Made by a program: the position numbers and the translations under genes. A stretch of DNA of 60,529 nt, counting the filler, from Basidioascus undulatus (lineage: Eukaryota), in NCBI GenBank assembly GCA_000826855.1. It is 5 parts of 5 records of this genome, joined end to end, with 100 filler letters (N's around TTAATTAATTAA, not from the genome) between each part and the next. Parts side by side here need not be neighbours in the genome. Positions count along the whole stretch, not along the records: positions 1 to 12,029 come from JTLS01000955.1; 4 more parts are not named here. One strand, written 5' to 3'. The notes below the pieces were generated by a model. It ran no database searches, was not told the origin of the DNA, and was given only the letters and a program-made list of their open reading frames with translations. Positions within the stretch are counted from its first letter, which is position 1, and each line of letters starts with the position of its first letter. This document shows, in pieces, positions 1 to 12,129 of this stretch.

Positions 1-1
1 T

Positions 2-190
2 CACCAAGAGGGAAGGCCCCGACCGACAGTACACACCGTGAGGCGGACCGCCGGTCAAGGCCTGAAGTTCAACTACGAGCTCTCTCCTCTGACCTCTAAA
101 AACAGCTACCTCCTCGCCGCGGGGATCGACCCCAACCTCCCGCCCGCCGAGCGGCTCGCCGCGCTCCGCGCCGTCTCTGCCGAGACTTGA
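2..190 (+). CDS. 3' end of an unidentified protein-coding gene (contig-truncated)
   Basis: Open GC3-rich frame from the contig start: HQEGRPRPTVHTVRRTAGQGLKFNYELSPLTSKNSYLLAAGIDPNLPPAERLAALRAVSAET*. No family recognised. Confidence 0.45.
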   Translation, partial: HQEGRPRPTVHTVRRTAGQGLKFNYELSPLTSKNSYLLAAGIDPNLPPAERLAALRAVSAET

Positions 191-239
191 TGCCACCGAG
201 ACCACCCATTTGTGAGAACGCCCAGATCAGGATTTTACT

Positions 240-900
240 GTTTCAGCGCAGCTGGGTAAGTCACAGTCTGTACAATTTTTCAAAGCGATCGACGAACCTG
301 AATCCCTGAAAGACCTGGCGAAGCAAGTGGAATGCAGCGATGCGCTTGTGCACTTCGTACCGACGGTACCTGACAATGCCTAGGTAAGCAACTGACGATA
401 TCGCATCACTGGCCAGTCCAGACCCCTTGAAGACTTACCAGGTGGAGACGAGGTAGGTTGCTCCGAGCAGCAAGCCACCCTCGAGGGCACCGAGCACGAT
501 ACGGAGAATAGCGATATTGTACTGCAAATAAAGGCAGGATGAGATGGTCAACTCGGCAGCGACTAAAGCCTTCTCAGATCGAGTTGCTAACCCAGTGCTT
601 TGCGAAGCCGCAACCAAGCTGAAAACGCGGAAGTGCCTGTCAGTTTTTGCTGCTGTTGCCTTCCAGGAACAGTATCGTTCAGACGCACCACCACGATGCC
701 GAAAGGAATGCCAAGGCAGGGAAGGTACCACTGCGGAGGGAGGCGGCGGATAAGCACGTTGGAGGGAATGGCGCAGAGAACATAAGTCGGGAAAAAGCAA
801 AGAGATGTGTTGCTGTAGCGTGCGCCAATATCGAAGCCCTGCAATTCGGTAGTCAGCATGGTGGCCTTGACATGAAAGATATGAAGCGTATGGGGGGTAA
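240..900 (-). pseudogene. MFS transporter fragment (anion:cation symporter, Dal5/Tna1-like)
   Basis: Spliced pieces read RYSNTSLCFFPTYVLCAIPSNVLIRRLPPQWYLP, LRIVLGALEGG..GATYLVSTW, then an intron (GTAAGT at ~437, AG at 371-370), then YRRYEVHKRIAAF. Similarity stops after about TM4-5. Boundaries approximate. Confidence 0.7.
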
Positions 901-1712
901 AAGGCAAGTCAGGCCAAGAAAAGACTTTCAAGGGAAGTGACGGCGAGGACAAACTCGGCCCGAGCCCGGGTGGTGCTCTGTCCCTAGCAGCGGGTTGACA
1001 GCGGTGCCATGTCCGTAGAAGCGGCAAGAACCCCGACACTCTAGAATACGGGAAAACACGTATTAATCAAGAAGGTACAGCCTGATGTGCAAACCTTTAC
1101 AAAGCCGTCGGGATCCTCTCCGTGACCGGCGCTAATCGGCAAAAAGATGAAACTTACGCTGTGCATCGTTACTTTTCATCCACGTAGTAGTAGAACCTTT
1201 AAGATACAGTTGATATGTCCACGCGGTAGCCAAGATCACAGCGGGGGAACTTGCGAGAATCCGGGTGCGGGGGGACTTCCTTCCTGGCTCGAAGCCGTGG
1301 TTGCGCCGCCATTCACAGCCGAAACCGAGCATTCGTTCAAATCAACTTCGTGAATGGCTGAGAGGTATCGTTGCGATCGTCGAGGGGACCGGTTGAGAAA
1401 AGGGAGAGAAAGTGGGACGGGGGGAGGGGGTGTTACAGTCCAAGCGTGTACGTGCAGGGCGAGCTCCGCGCGAGGTAAGACAGGGAGGGAATGTGGGAAC
1501 AGGACAGGGAGAGGCGAGGCCAAGGAGTACTAGTGAGAGAACAGCAAGGATTACCGGGCTGTACGAGCCGAACGGGAGGGGATGGGGATCGGATCGGGAT
1601 GATATGCGGTCAGGAAAAGGAGGAGCGGAGGGGGTGAAGAGGGGTGAAGAGGGGAGGGGGCGAAAGGTGGGGAGCCAGGGCAGGAAGGCGGGCAAACGAG
1701 GATATGGGTGCT

Positions 1713-2728
1713 TCAGCATGCGCAATAGCTCCCCCACCCTGCGGGCTCGTCCTCCAGCGTGACGGTGCTCGACTGCGCGGCGGCTGCGGGTCGTTGTCGC
1801 CGGTACAATGAGGGCGTGTTGATGATCTGCGTGCATACCAAAGCGCTCAGCAACCATCTCTTCCCCGCGCCAGGCTTCAGCTTTCGCTGGGACTCACTTG
1901 GGTGACCAGTTCATCAAACATCTCGTTCACGCCGGTTGACGTTTTTGCGCTGCACTCGACAAACAACGCGCCCATCCGCTCCGCAAACGCCTCGGCTTCT
2001 TCCCGCTTGACTTGCCGAGAGAACTCCTGCGCCACAGAACAAGTGCTTCATCGGCTGCGAGCCTCGCGTCAGGCCCAGATGGAAGAGCGTACCTTATCCA
2101 GCTTGTTCCCCACAATCATCTTCACAGCGTCCCCAGAGGAATAGGTCTCGAGCTCGTTGAACCAGACCTTGAGCTTGTCGAACGACTCGCGGTTCGAGAC
2201 ATCGTACACTGCAGTGATGCGTGAGCGCCTGCGGCATGGTTGCGGTGGAAGGAGAACATACCAAGAATGACCCCTTGCGCACCCCGATAGTAGGAGGACG
2301 TGAGCGTCCTGAACCGTTCTTGCCCGGCAGTGTCCCTGTGCAGCCAACGAGCCGTAAGCGCGGGGCTCCCTCAAAATAGCTTGTCACGACGCACCATATC
2401 GACAACTTGTACCGCTTCCCGTTCACCTCCACGCTCTTCACCTTGAAGTCCACCCCGATCGTTGCTGCCGAGACCAGCCCAACATTCTCAGCCTCCCCCC
2501 CCAAAGACCCGTTTCCCACGCTCCCTGGAAGAACGTACCGGTTGTCTCCTCCGGCGTCAAGAAGACCTCGTCCGTGAAGCGTAGCAAGAGCGAGCTCTTC
2601 CCGACGCTGCTGTTGCCGATGAGGAGCAGCTTGAGCGTTTGGGGCGGGTCGTGTGACGAGCGGGGCGTGCCAGATGCGGACGCGGGTGTTGCGGTGCGCG
2701 AGGGGGGCATCGCGCCGGGAAGAGACAT
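1713..2728 (-). CDS. RAB18: Rab18-like small GTPase, multi-exon
   Basis: Spliced motifs [60 protein letters not shown] and ECSAKT. C-terminal CAC* (CxC prenylation). Canonical GT-AG introns. Confidence 0.92.
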
Positions 2729-3784
2729 GCTCGAGGGATAGGACGAGGCGGAAAGCGGGCCGTTCTGGGGAGGTAAGTGAACGGGGGATGAGATCGTGAG
2801 CTGCATGATCGATAATCAAGCAGAGTGTGCGAAGAGAACGCAGACGCCACCGGGACGTGAGAGATGACGGTGGTAACGCTCAGCAAGTCGCGCCCACAGC
2901 GCGCAGAGTCCTGCAACCCGCCGGCGCGTCCATGCCGAGCAATTTCCCAAGCAGCGGCGTCACATAAAGCAGGGCAGCAACGCACCGAGTATTCGAGGGG
3001 CTAGCAGCAGGCTCGGGCGGCGTCAAGCGGCGTGGAGGCGCGGTCCAACAGGGGTTCTGCTGGGCGAAGTTCCAACGGTCGGATGGGACAAGCTGTGAGG
3101 TCTATAGGGCGCTGGTGGCGTTGGAGTGCGCTATGGCGTCGTGAACGATGGACTGGAGTAGGGGCGTGGATGGGGAGAAAGCAGGGGAGGCGAGGAGGAG
3201 GGTGTGGAACGAAGGCAAGGGGAGCCGTGCGTGCAGGTCTGGGCGCGTCATGCACCGCTTTTCACGTGTTCAAACAGCTTTCAACTTCCCCAGCCTCACC
3301 GCAACGCCATGCCGCGTATCGTTCTAAGGCTTTGATGCAGTATTTGCAAGGCAGACTTAAGGTAGATATTCTAGTAAACTTGGAAGGAAGGGCAGAAAAC
3401 CGCAGTAGTCGTGGCCACATGCTCTGTCCCTTGCGAGAGTGAAACCCGAACACAATAGTTGAACCTTCAGCTTTGAAAGGGAGCCCGATGTCTTCAACAT
3501 AAAGGATTGAGGCAAGAGAGGTGGGAGGCATAGCCCGACAGTCGGACTCTGCAGCCTGCAGGCGACCGATCTGTCTTCTCTCACACTTGGCTCGGCTCAT
3601 AAACAAGAACCTTGCCAAGGTCTGCCGTAAAATTATTGTAACTATCCATGTGAGGTGCGGCAGACACAGAGCGTGCACTGGATCGACTGGGCAGGCATCG
3701 CTGACCTCGAAGCCACACACTCGTCCTGTTTATTTGTTTAGAAGGCCCAGGAACCAATCAATACAGGGTGGGAGGATTGCATAC

Positions 3785-4173
3785 CTGGTACAGCTCGCCG
3801 ACGTGCGGGCGTTCAGGCATCCTGAACGGGTAGACTTTGCGCTGTAGGTCGCCGTGGACCACTATCCTACCTGAAAGTATAAGATGATTATGCATATCGC
3901 AGGCTGCGGGCACATCGGCCTGTTGTCTTGCCCTCTCGTCAGGATCCGTGCTCGCTTCTCGAAGTATCGAGCCCAGCACGCACCCAAGCTTGCACCCATC
4001 CCACTTTCCGTCCGGCGAGGACGTGCTGACCTCAAACGGACGCAAGCGCGCCTGAATCTTTGCATAAGGGACGCTGAAGAACTGGCGCGTCCCGTCTGAG
4101 GGTTGAGCCAGCCCGTGAAGGTCCCCAGGTTCTGGACGGGGAGGGTCGTCGACTCGGGAGGGGCACTAGACAT
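3785..4173 (-). pseudogene. N-terminal fragment of a type-B carboxylesterase
   Basis: LGTFTGWLNPQTG, then a 1-nt frameshift near 4090, then TRQFFSVPYAKIQARLRPF...WDGCKLG, an intron, and PMCPQP. No CLNL, GGG or GxSxG motifs downstream. Confidence 0.6.
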
Positions 4174-4918
4174 GATCGATGGACGCGGGTCAGTGTATGA
4201 GCGAGTGAGTGCGGGTCAAAGGTGTTGATCCAGTGTGAAGGGAGTAGAGAGAGGTGAGTGTGCGGTTTTGAGAAGTTAGAGAGCTGAGAGAAACGAGGTA
4301 TGAAACGGTATCTCCGGCTCGACTTGGAAGCGGAGGCACAGCCGGGCATGTGCGCCTCGGCTGATAACGTGCCTTGGCCTTCGTGGCGCTTATAATTCCA
4401 ATTTCCTGTAAGTATTCGATATCTCCATTTAATTTGCTTAAGAATAGCGGTAAACCGAAGTCAGATGTTGGCTGTAAGCGCTCTGTGCGGGGTGAGGGAT
4501 GCGACCAAGCGACGATATGTGGCGCCCAATGGCGCCTTCCTGTCAACAGGCCTGTCGGCCGTTTACGTAAAACCTTGGACACCTGCTTCTGCGACGCGTC
4601 TTCCTTTTTGCCCGTCACCCTCGTGCGCGCTCGCAGCCGAGTCTCGGTTGTTCGGGTATCCAAGAAATCGAAGGGTGGCCCATCAGACATTCAGTGCTTA
4701 CGCCGTAGGCGCTATGCGCAGCGGAACGGAGCCCACCCGCGCCTCGAGCCAGCCGTCGACCGGCGTTCAGTCAGGCCTCTGAGCCTGCCGATCGACTTCC
4801 CCATTTCGTACTTCAACCCGATCTTGTTCGCCTTCTTCTTTCCATTCAAATCGACCCTCATTGACTGGCTCTTCCTTCGAAATCAACACACCTCGATCGC
4901 AATCCACTGACCGCCCTC

Positions 4919-6260
4919 ATGCTCTCCCACCGCGCACTCTCCGTCCTGCGCGCTGCACCGCGGCACTCTCGGTCGCTCACAACACCCTCTTCGAGCGGGC
5001 CCCTCTTTCCCGACGAGCCTGTGGCGCCGAGAATGGTCACCCCCGAGTTCCCCGGACCCAAGAGCCGCGCGCTGAGTGCGAGCATCGGCGAGGTGCAGGA
5101 CAGCCGGACGAACGTGTTTGTCGTTGGTGCGTGGTTTATCTCGATTGAACAAGTGAAGTGAGCACTAATGTAAGTTAAATTTATGGGTGCACAGATTACA
5201 AAAAGTCCAAGGGGAACTATGTGGTCGACGCTGATGGGAACACGCTGTTGGACTGCTTCGCGCAGATCGGTACGCCTGCTCTCAACGCACACTCCCCTTC
5301 ACCCGCCTTCAAAACTAACATTCCATCCGCCTGACAGCATCCATCGCCGTGGGGTACAACAGCGTCTCCCTCATCGCGCTCGTCAAGACCGTGCGTCTTC
5401 TTCCCTCTTATCCCCTCCCTCCTTCATCTAACTCTTGACGCTCTACAGGACGAGTTCATCACGGCCGCCATGAACCGGCCTGCCATCGGGAGCTTCCCGC
5501 AGCAAGAGTGGTGTACATGGCTCGACGAGGGCCTGCTCACTGTCAAGCCCAAGGGCCTCACCCAGCTCTTCACGGCCATGTGCGGGAGCTGCGCGAACGA
5601 GAGCGCCTACAAGGCTGCCTTTGTGCGTTGTTTCCTTTCTTCTTCATCTATTAAATAAGTCGTTGAACGACATGCTTCCGGACTGTGCAGATGGCGTACC
5701 GCGATCGTCTGACCGGCAGCACCACCTTCTCCGACGCCGAGCTCTCGTGCATGTCCAACTTCTTCCCCTGCTCGCCGGACCTCTCCATCCTCTCCTTCAA
5801 GTCGGGCTTCCACGGGCGCCTGTTCGGCTCGCTGCCGACCATGCGGAGCAAGGCAATCCACAAGGTGCTTTTCTTTCCAGCTCTTTCGCTTCTCCGCCTT
5901 TGCTGACATTCAGACGTTTGCCCACTATCCAGCTCGGCATGCCCGCGTTCGACTGGCCCGCTGCTCCGTGGTCGGCCGTCAAGTACCCGCTCGAGGAGCA
6001 CGCGGTGGAGAACGCTGCTGCTGAGGCAGCGGCGCTGGCTGAGGTCGAGCAGCTCATCAAGGAGCAGTGCGTTTCACTTTCCTCGTGGCTCCCAGCTTCC
6101 GATCCAATCTTGGGCCTAACGTCTCCCCTCCTTCTCCGATATCATAGCAAATCCACCAATCCCATCGCTGCCGTTGTCGTCGAGCCCATCCAGTCTGAGG
6201 GCGGCGACAACCACGCCTCGCCCGCGTTCTTCCGTGGCCTGCGTGAGCTCACGAAGCGGG
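4919..6260 (+). pseudogene. UGA1: 4-aminobutyrate (GABA) aminotransferase, 3'-truncated
   Basis: Exons encode KSKGNYVVDADGNTLLDCFAQIASIAVGYN, NRPAIGSFP, MCGSCANESAYKAAF, SFKSGFHGRLFGSL and VVVEPIQSEGGDNHASPAFFRGLRELTK. Homology ends before DEVQTG and the PLP lysine. Confidence 0.88.
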
Positions 6261-8059
6261 AGGACCTGGGGAGCAAGCGCTGTGCAGCGGGCTGCACTTG
6301 GCAAGTATCTCCAGTCAAGTACTTGGAAGAAAGGCCGACGCTTTGCGCGGCAGATCCGGTCCCCCTCTACTAATTAAATTCAATCTGCCTTGCGTCTTCC
6401 TGTGCTTGTGGCCGAGCGACAATTATAATGAGTGAGCGACACCCAGCTGCCTGATGCAGTGGGCTTTCTTTCAGCTTCGTCAGGTCAGCCGCTAGCCTGA
6501 CTCCGCCGGCCAGAGGGAAAGGATTAAGTTTATACAAATATCTTTCTGCATGTGTAATGTCCTGTAAGCAAAAAATGCATGTCAGGAGGTCGCAAAGCAT
6601 GGCCAGCCTTGCTGAGTCAAAGTCGCACATGGTCGTTTTGTCCCCTGACAAGCCAGCCCGCGAAATGTTCGGAGACCGATTCTCACTTGTTGAAGAGCTG
6701 AAGTAAGGCCGACGCAAGCGCGTCAGGACCGATTCCTCCGTCTAGGCCAAGCTACAGGTTTGTATAGCTTAACATGAAGCTCTGTGGATGTTTGAAGATG
6801 AACCGCTTCGTATGCCAAAAAGGACTGCCCTGCCCTGCTCAGGCTCAACTCGGTACCTGTTCTTCTTTAGTTGGTATGTTGCATGCGCCTGGACCCTGAG
6901 AAGACTGCATTGAATTATAAGACTTTTCAGCTTGATGCTCGCTTGAAAAGGGCAGCCAAGGGATGCCATGCTCATACTTCAACAGTCGAAGGCGGCTAAC
7001 CTGACTCCATGCACAGAAAAGACTTAGCTTTCCTGATAATTTCTGAGCACTAGTAGCTTTTATATTAAAAAAAACAAAAGGATAAAGTCTGGTTGTGGCG
7101 ACAATTGGCAATATACAGGCCGTAAAGTACAAGCTGCAGTGAACAACACCCGTTCCATGCCTTTTCTTTTTAGGTTTAACTATCACGTTGCATGAATGAT
7201 CTCAGAATGTTTTGCACGCCTTGGAACCTGACGCCCAAATGCAAAAGTCTTGGGTTTGTGGTTTGCATGCAGAACCGCACCGGGACAGCACTGCTGAATC
7301 CACCTGTTTCTTCGGTCAAGCAGCGCCATACTCAACGCTTTGAACAAAAATGCTACAAGAATTTTGAGAACGGTTCAAGGGTATTTTCCGAAAAAAGGGA
7401 TTGACGACTGTAATGCTGAGTGGTTGGATGCAGGCAAACACCGGCAAAGCCCTGCACAGCCGACGGACAAACCACGGAAGAGTCGCTTATTCAGAAAGTT
7501 ATGGTCGCTAGCGACAGAGAAAGATAACGAAACGATTCCCTTTTCGTTCCTCAGGGAAATCGGAATCTTCAGTCAAATAGGCAGTCGAGGAAGAGCTGCT
7601 ATTTGGATAACTTTCTCAGCCGTCGTTCATTCTTCCATAGCAAAAGGAGGTGTGATCCATTCGGGGCCCGAAAACTGACCAGGCTCTGCAGTGTCAGCGC
7701 TCCTGTAAGGATTAGGCTATTTCCAAAAGGAAATACCAGACTTGGCTGGAATCGAGCCACCATCCCGATATACTCATGGGAAGGACTCCGGCCTTACAGC
7801 TCCAGCTTCATATATCAACCCGCAACCTGCTTCAGCAATTCTTCTGTCTCAACGCCCATAACACATACCACACACACCCGTACACGAGCGCTCCAACTGG
7901 ATCTGGTAAATTCCATCTCCCCCCCATTCTGCCTTCTCAAAACCTATCATGGGCATAGCGGCCGACAGACGACTCGCGAAAGTAGATTACATGTAGTCCC
8001 GGAACGCCTTGAAGCCCATCGCCTTCGCTGCCTCTCTCGAAATATGATACCGAGTGGCT

Positions 8060-8555
8060 CGTCACGAGGGGCAGCAAAGCCTACCGAGCGTTTTCAGCCC
8101 CGTACTGCGACGCCGCGACGTATGCAGCCACGACAGTGGCGGCGTCCTTGTGCGATTAAACGTAAAGACGGAGAGCGAGGCCGGCGATGTCTACCGCATG
8201 CTGAGCCGCGTACTTGTCTGCCAAACGGAGGATATGTGTGGCTTGATCAATGCCCTGGATGGTGGGGAGGGACTGCTTGGGATGGATGAGGCAGAGAAAC
8301 TGCTCGCGCTCGTCGAAAGTCTCTGCCACCGGCACGACTTCGTCCGTAGATTTTCTAGCGCCGCCCTGGGAAAGCGAGAACATATCACGGAAGAAGCTGG
8401 AGTTGACTTGAAGGATGTCCTTTGACACATAGAACAGAGTGCCGTCGTTGCACGATAGCGCAAAGCCGATCGACAGACGGGTCGGAAAACCTTAGCGAGA
8501 AGTACCACGGGTCAGCTGCGAGGGGTTCAGTGCGCTTCTGCGACACTTTGGGCAT
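8060..8555 (-). pseudogene. BTB/POZ-domain protein, frameshifted
   Basis: RFSDPSVD, a frameshift near 8465, then FALSCNDGTLFYVSKDILQVNSSFFRDMFSL...LADKY. After the in-frame TAA at 8156-8158, a plausible frame continues (VAAYVAASQYGL). Confidence 0.7.
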
Positions 8556-9117
8556 GTTCTCTGCTCCGTTGAGACGAAGAGGATTGAGGAGGTCACGAAT
8601 CCAGGAGGGAAAGGGCGGACACAGGCGGAACCAGAGACTCCTACTCACTGTGGCCAGTGGCAAATTGAGTCAAGGCCACGCCGTCGGCATGGAATTGTCC
8701 ACCCCAAACAACAGGAGATAAGTCCTCAGAACAAAAGTAAATTCGACAATAGCGAGAGAAAACGGAATCGCGGCGACGAACCGCCTGGATTGAGCTCGAC
8801 GAAATCCCCTGCGGCTGCCAAACAACCTGCTTGACTGTCTATCTCCCAAGCATCCCCGACCAGAAAATGACGAGCCCCGAGCTGTCCCCTCAGTGTGGGC
8901 AATGGTTCCCACATAAGTCTCAGGGAACGCGGAGGACGTAATCCCCCAGGAGGCTGCAGTGCAGGTTCTTGCAGGCCGCACTGCCCGCTGAAAACGCCGA
9001 AACCGGCAACACAGCCGCTGCGTGCTGGTACGACTGCACTCAACCTTCCTTTTCCCATCTTCCTCTTTAAACGAAATTCAAAAATAAAAGAACACGCCGA
9101 TTGACTGACTATGCCCT

Positions 9118-9974
9118 ATGGCAGACTTCAAGCTCCTTCCCCCCGTCGCCGAGAACCCTTACTCCGCTCTCGCGGACCTCGACCTCTCCAAGGCCCCCTC
9201 ACAGTATACTGCTTCCCCATCGCGGACCCCTCCGTCCCGCGCCCCATCCCGAGCTTCTCCACCTTCGGCGTCAAGCTCGAGTGCTACCTCAAGTTCGCCG
9301 AGATCCCGTACACCACTGTCGCCGTCATCCCGCAGGGCGCGCCGCGGGGGAAGGTACCCGCACATCACTGTCGGCGAAAACGTGTTTGCGGACTAGCAGC
9401 TCATCATCGACCGTGTTCTCCGGAAGCACTTCGTCGACTTGGACAAGGACCTCAGCGCCGAGCAGCGAGCACTGGGGGTGCTCGTTCAGCGCACTGTGTG
9501 AGTTCGACACTAGGTCTGCTTCTCCTTTCGAGCCAAAAGGAAAACGCTTCATATTGATGGGCCCGCAGTGACGAGCACCTCGGCTGGATACGATTTACCG
9601 TGTGATGACGCCCGGCGAGGACCCCTCCTCGACGTTCTTTTTCGAAGCGGCGTCAGCGTGGGCAGTCAAGGCCGCCTACCCGCTGCGCCTATGGGACGTT
9701 GGCGTCGGGCGCTTCACGGACGCGGAGATCGTCGAGTCGGCCAAGGCGAACATCCGCGCGCTCGGGGTGCTGCTGGGCGAGAAGGAGTGGGTGCTGGGCA
9801 CCCGGGCCCGACGAGCGCGGACGCGGTGCTGTTTGGGGACGTGTGCGTCTACTTGGAGAGGTTGGGGGGCTGACTTCACGCTGGGTGAGGGACGGTGTGG
9901 AGGTGGAGAATCTGAAGGAGCGGGTGAGGAAGGTGCTGAAGGGGTGGTTTAAGGACAATGAGGTTGCGTTTTGA
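9118..9974 (+). pseudogene. FAX/metaxin-like glutathione S-transferase family gene, disrupted
   Basis: PSFSTFGVKLECYLKFAEIPY..APRGKVP, frameshift, HITVGENVFAD*QLII..DLDKDLSAEQRA, and a C-domain with ALGVLLGEKEWVLG, frameshift, PTSADAVLFG. At least three frameshifts and a TAG at 9394-9396. Confidence 0.75.
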
Positions 9975-10522
9975 GGAGGATGCATGCTGTTCACGTGTTG
10001 ATGTTTGATGTATCGCTCTTGCACTTTAAAGGCCATGTTTTTTCGAAAACGATTTTCTCATAGAACCTTGAGCATCCCAACCGCCATAACGGACGCAGCC
10101 TGGAGAAGCGGCTGTCTTCCACTGCCACAGCCCATCGATTCACTGCCTGTTACCACCGCAATCAGCCAAGTTGGAAATGCGTCTGTGGTCCTCAGCAACT
10201 GTTCAACTCCCAGTCGTATATAGCCACTGTAAGAGTGCTCTATTGCCACTGTGAGGCTACCGTCACTGCTCCACAATAGAAAATCGACTACGCCGTCTGC
10301 GCTGCGTCGAAGTGTGCCTCCGCCCTCCTCAGCCCAACTTGCCGTTCCTGCGCTTTGGCAGGGGGACCCAGTATCACGATTGGGAGCCGCATCAGACCCC
10401 GCCATCCTCAATCCCACATTTCACCCGCTGTGGGACGCTGTGGGATGTGCGCAGCCTTCACATTCCCTTTCCCCTTCAGGCACCTCCTGGCACGACCCAA
10501 TGCCTCCACCCCTTGGCCGCTC

Positions 10523-10528
10523 TATAAA
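10523..10528 (+). promoter_or_regulatory. Putative TATA box
   Basis: TATAAA followed by a pyrimidine-rich leader and an ATG at 10643 that starts a signal-peptide-like sequence. Confidence 0.4.
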
Positions 10529-10642
10529 TCCACCCCCTCTGGCAGCTCCTTCCTCCAATCGCATTCAACGCTCACCCACCAGCCAGTTTCATAAGCCTCA
10601 CTCCCGCAACCCATCCACCTCCTCTTCCTCGAAGCAGACACG

Positions 10643-10732
10643 ATGCACGCCGCCCTCACCGCCGCCCTCACCGCCGCCCTCCTCCTCGCCCTCTCCGCCG
10701 CTGTAGGCTCGGGGCGGTCTTCCCCCTGCTAG
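10643..10732 (+). other. Signal-peptide-only micro-ORF or truncated secreted-protein gene
   Basis: MHAALTAALTAALLLALSAAVGSGRSSPC*, containing a 12-bp tandem repeat (GCCGCCCTCACC). Confidence 0.35.
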
Positions 10733-11309
10733 GAAACAGGGGCGGGCCGAAGAAGAATTAGTGGGTCTAAACAGGCCGTTCGGCCTGTGAGTGCACCTTC
10801 CGATGGCTCAGTGCTGCAATACGTGGACTGTCTGCTCATGACTCTTCTCTCCCTGCCAAGTCGTCCCCCGCTTCTCGTGGATCGATGACCGATTCAAAGT
10901 CAAACTGCTGAAATCATGGTCCGTAACCTACGTCTTCGTTCTCTGTTCTTTGCGTTCCCCGGGGACCCTTCTTTCTTGAGGCTGCCTCACATGCACAGAA
11001 AATGCCTCTTGCACGCTCGCTCGCTCGGGGTTAATTTGCTTCAACCATGCCGTCGTATTGACTCATTGAGTCAGAGGAAACATCTCATGATGGGCCGAGC
11101 CTGGGCTCAGTTCCCTCCTGCCCGTTTGTGAACAACGAAGACAACCCTGTCGAATGACTCGCACTGGGATGTGGATCGGATGCTGTGTAGAGAAGGGCTG
11201 AGCTGTGAAAAGCGACGACGCGAGACGAGTAGGAACTGCCAGCGTCAGAACGGAAGGCGTCCAGGTGTGCAGTGCATCCTCTACGCCCTCAGTAGCCTTC
11301 TCAACTCCT

Positions 11310-11982
11310 TCACTCCTTCACCTTATCCTTCTTGCCCTCCTTCCCCTTGACCTCCTTAACCTCCTCCGGCGCGTCGCCCTTCCCCTGCAGCCGCTCCATC
11401 TCGACCTTCACAATCTCCTCCGCGAGCCTCCTCACCTCCGCCTCGGCACTGGCCGCAGTGTCCGCGACACCGACGCCCGCGCCGCCGCCGCGCAGCCCCT
11501 CCTCCGCGCGCGCCATCATGCGCTTCCCGAGCCCGATCTCCTCGTACTCCCACACCTCCGCGCGCATGCCCACGCCTCCCATCGCATGCTGCTGGAGATA
11601 GTCGAGCCACCTTTGCACAGCCTGGGGATCCGCATCCCACGTCTTCAGCGCACGCTTGTGCGTCTTGCGCTCGAAGATCTCCTGCGCCTTCTTGTGCACG
11701 AACGGGCTCTTGAGCACCGCGAAGCGCTCGACGCGCGTCGGGAGGCGCGCGGGGTTCCCGCACGGGATGCCCAGGTGGTAGGCCGCCCGCTGGGCAAAGT
11801 CGACGAAGAAGTCGAGTGCGGTGGGGGAGAAGGCGCGCACGTGCAGCGTGCAGGCGGGGATGCGGTGCGTGGGCGGCAGGCGCGGGGGGAGGAGGAAGGA
11901 CTTGGGGGCGGTGGACGGGTCGAGCGGGGGGGAGTGCGGCGTGCGCGTGGGGAGGAGCGCGGGGAGGATTTGGGGGTAGATG
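11310..11982 (-). CDS. RSM10: Mitochondrial ribosomal protein uS10m (last exon; 5' end lost at contig edge)
   Basis: LDFFVDFAQRAAYHLGIP...LPTRVERFAVLKSPFVHKKAQEIFERKTHKR (S10 signature). CTAAC branch point and CAG acceptor at 11985-11983. Confidence 0.9.
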
Positions 11983-12029
11983 CTGTGGAGGGAGGGGGTT
12001 AGGGAGAAGAGGCCAGGGGAGGGGGATCG

Positions 12030-12129
12030 NNNNNNNNNNNNNNNNNNNNNNNNNNNNNNNNNNNNNNNNNNNNTTAATTAATTAANNNNNNNNNNNNNNN
12101 NNNNNNNNNNNNNNNNNNNNNNNNNNNNN
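12030..12129. other. Artificial contig linker
   Basis: N44-TTAATTAATTAA-N44, with stops in all six frames. Confidence 0.98.

Noticed and set aside
6400..7930. Possible transposase remnant after the UGA1 breakpoint
   Set aside because: Composition is TE-like, but no recognisable catalytic motif or terminal repeat was found by eye.
12074..12085. Palindromic TTAATTAATTAA recurring about every 12.1 kb as a biological periodic element
   Set aside because: It is always centred in N runs of fixed length and gives six-frame stops, so it is a synthetic linker.
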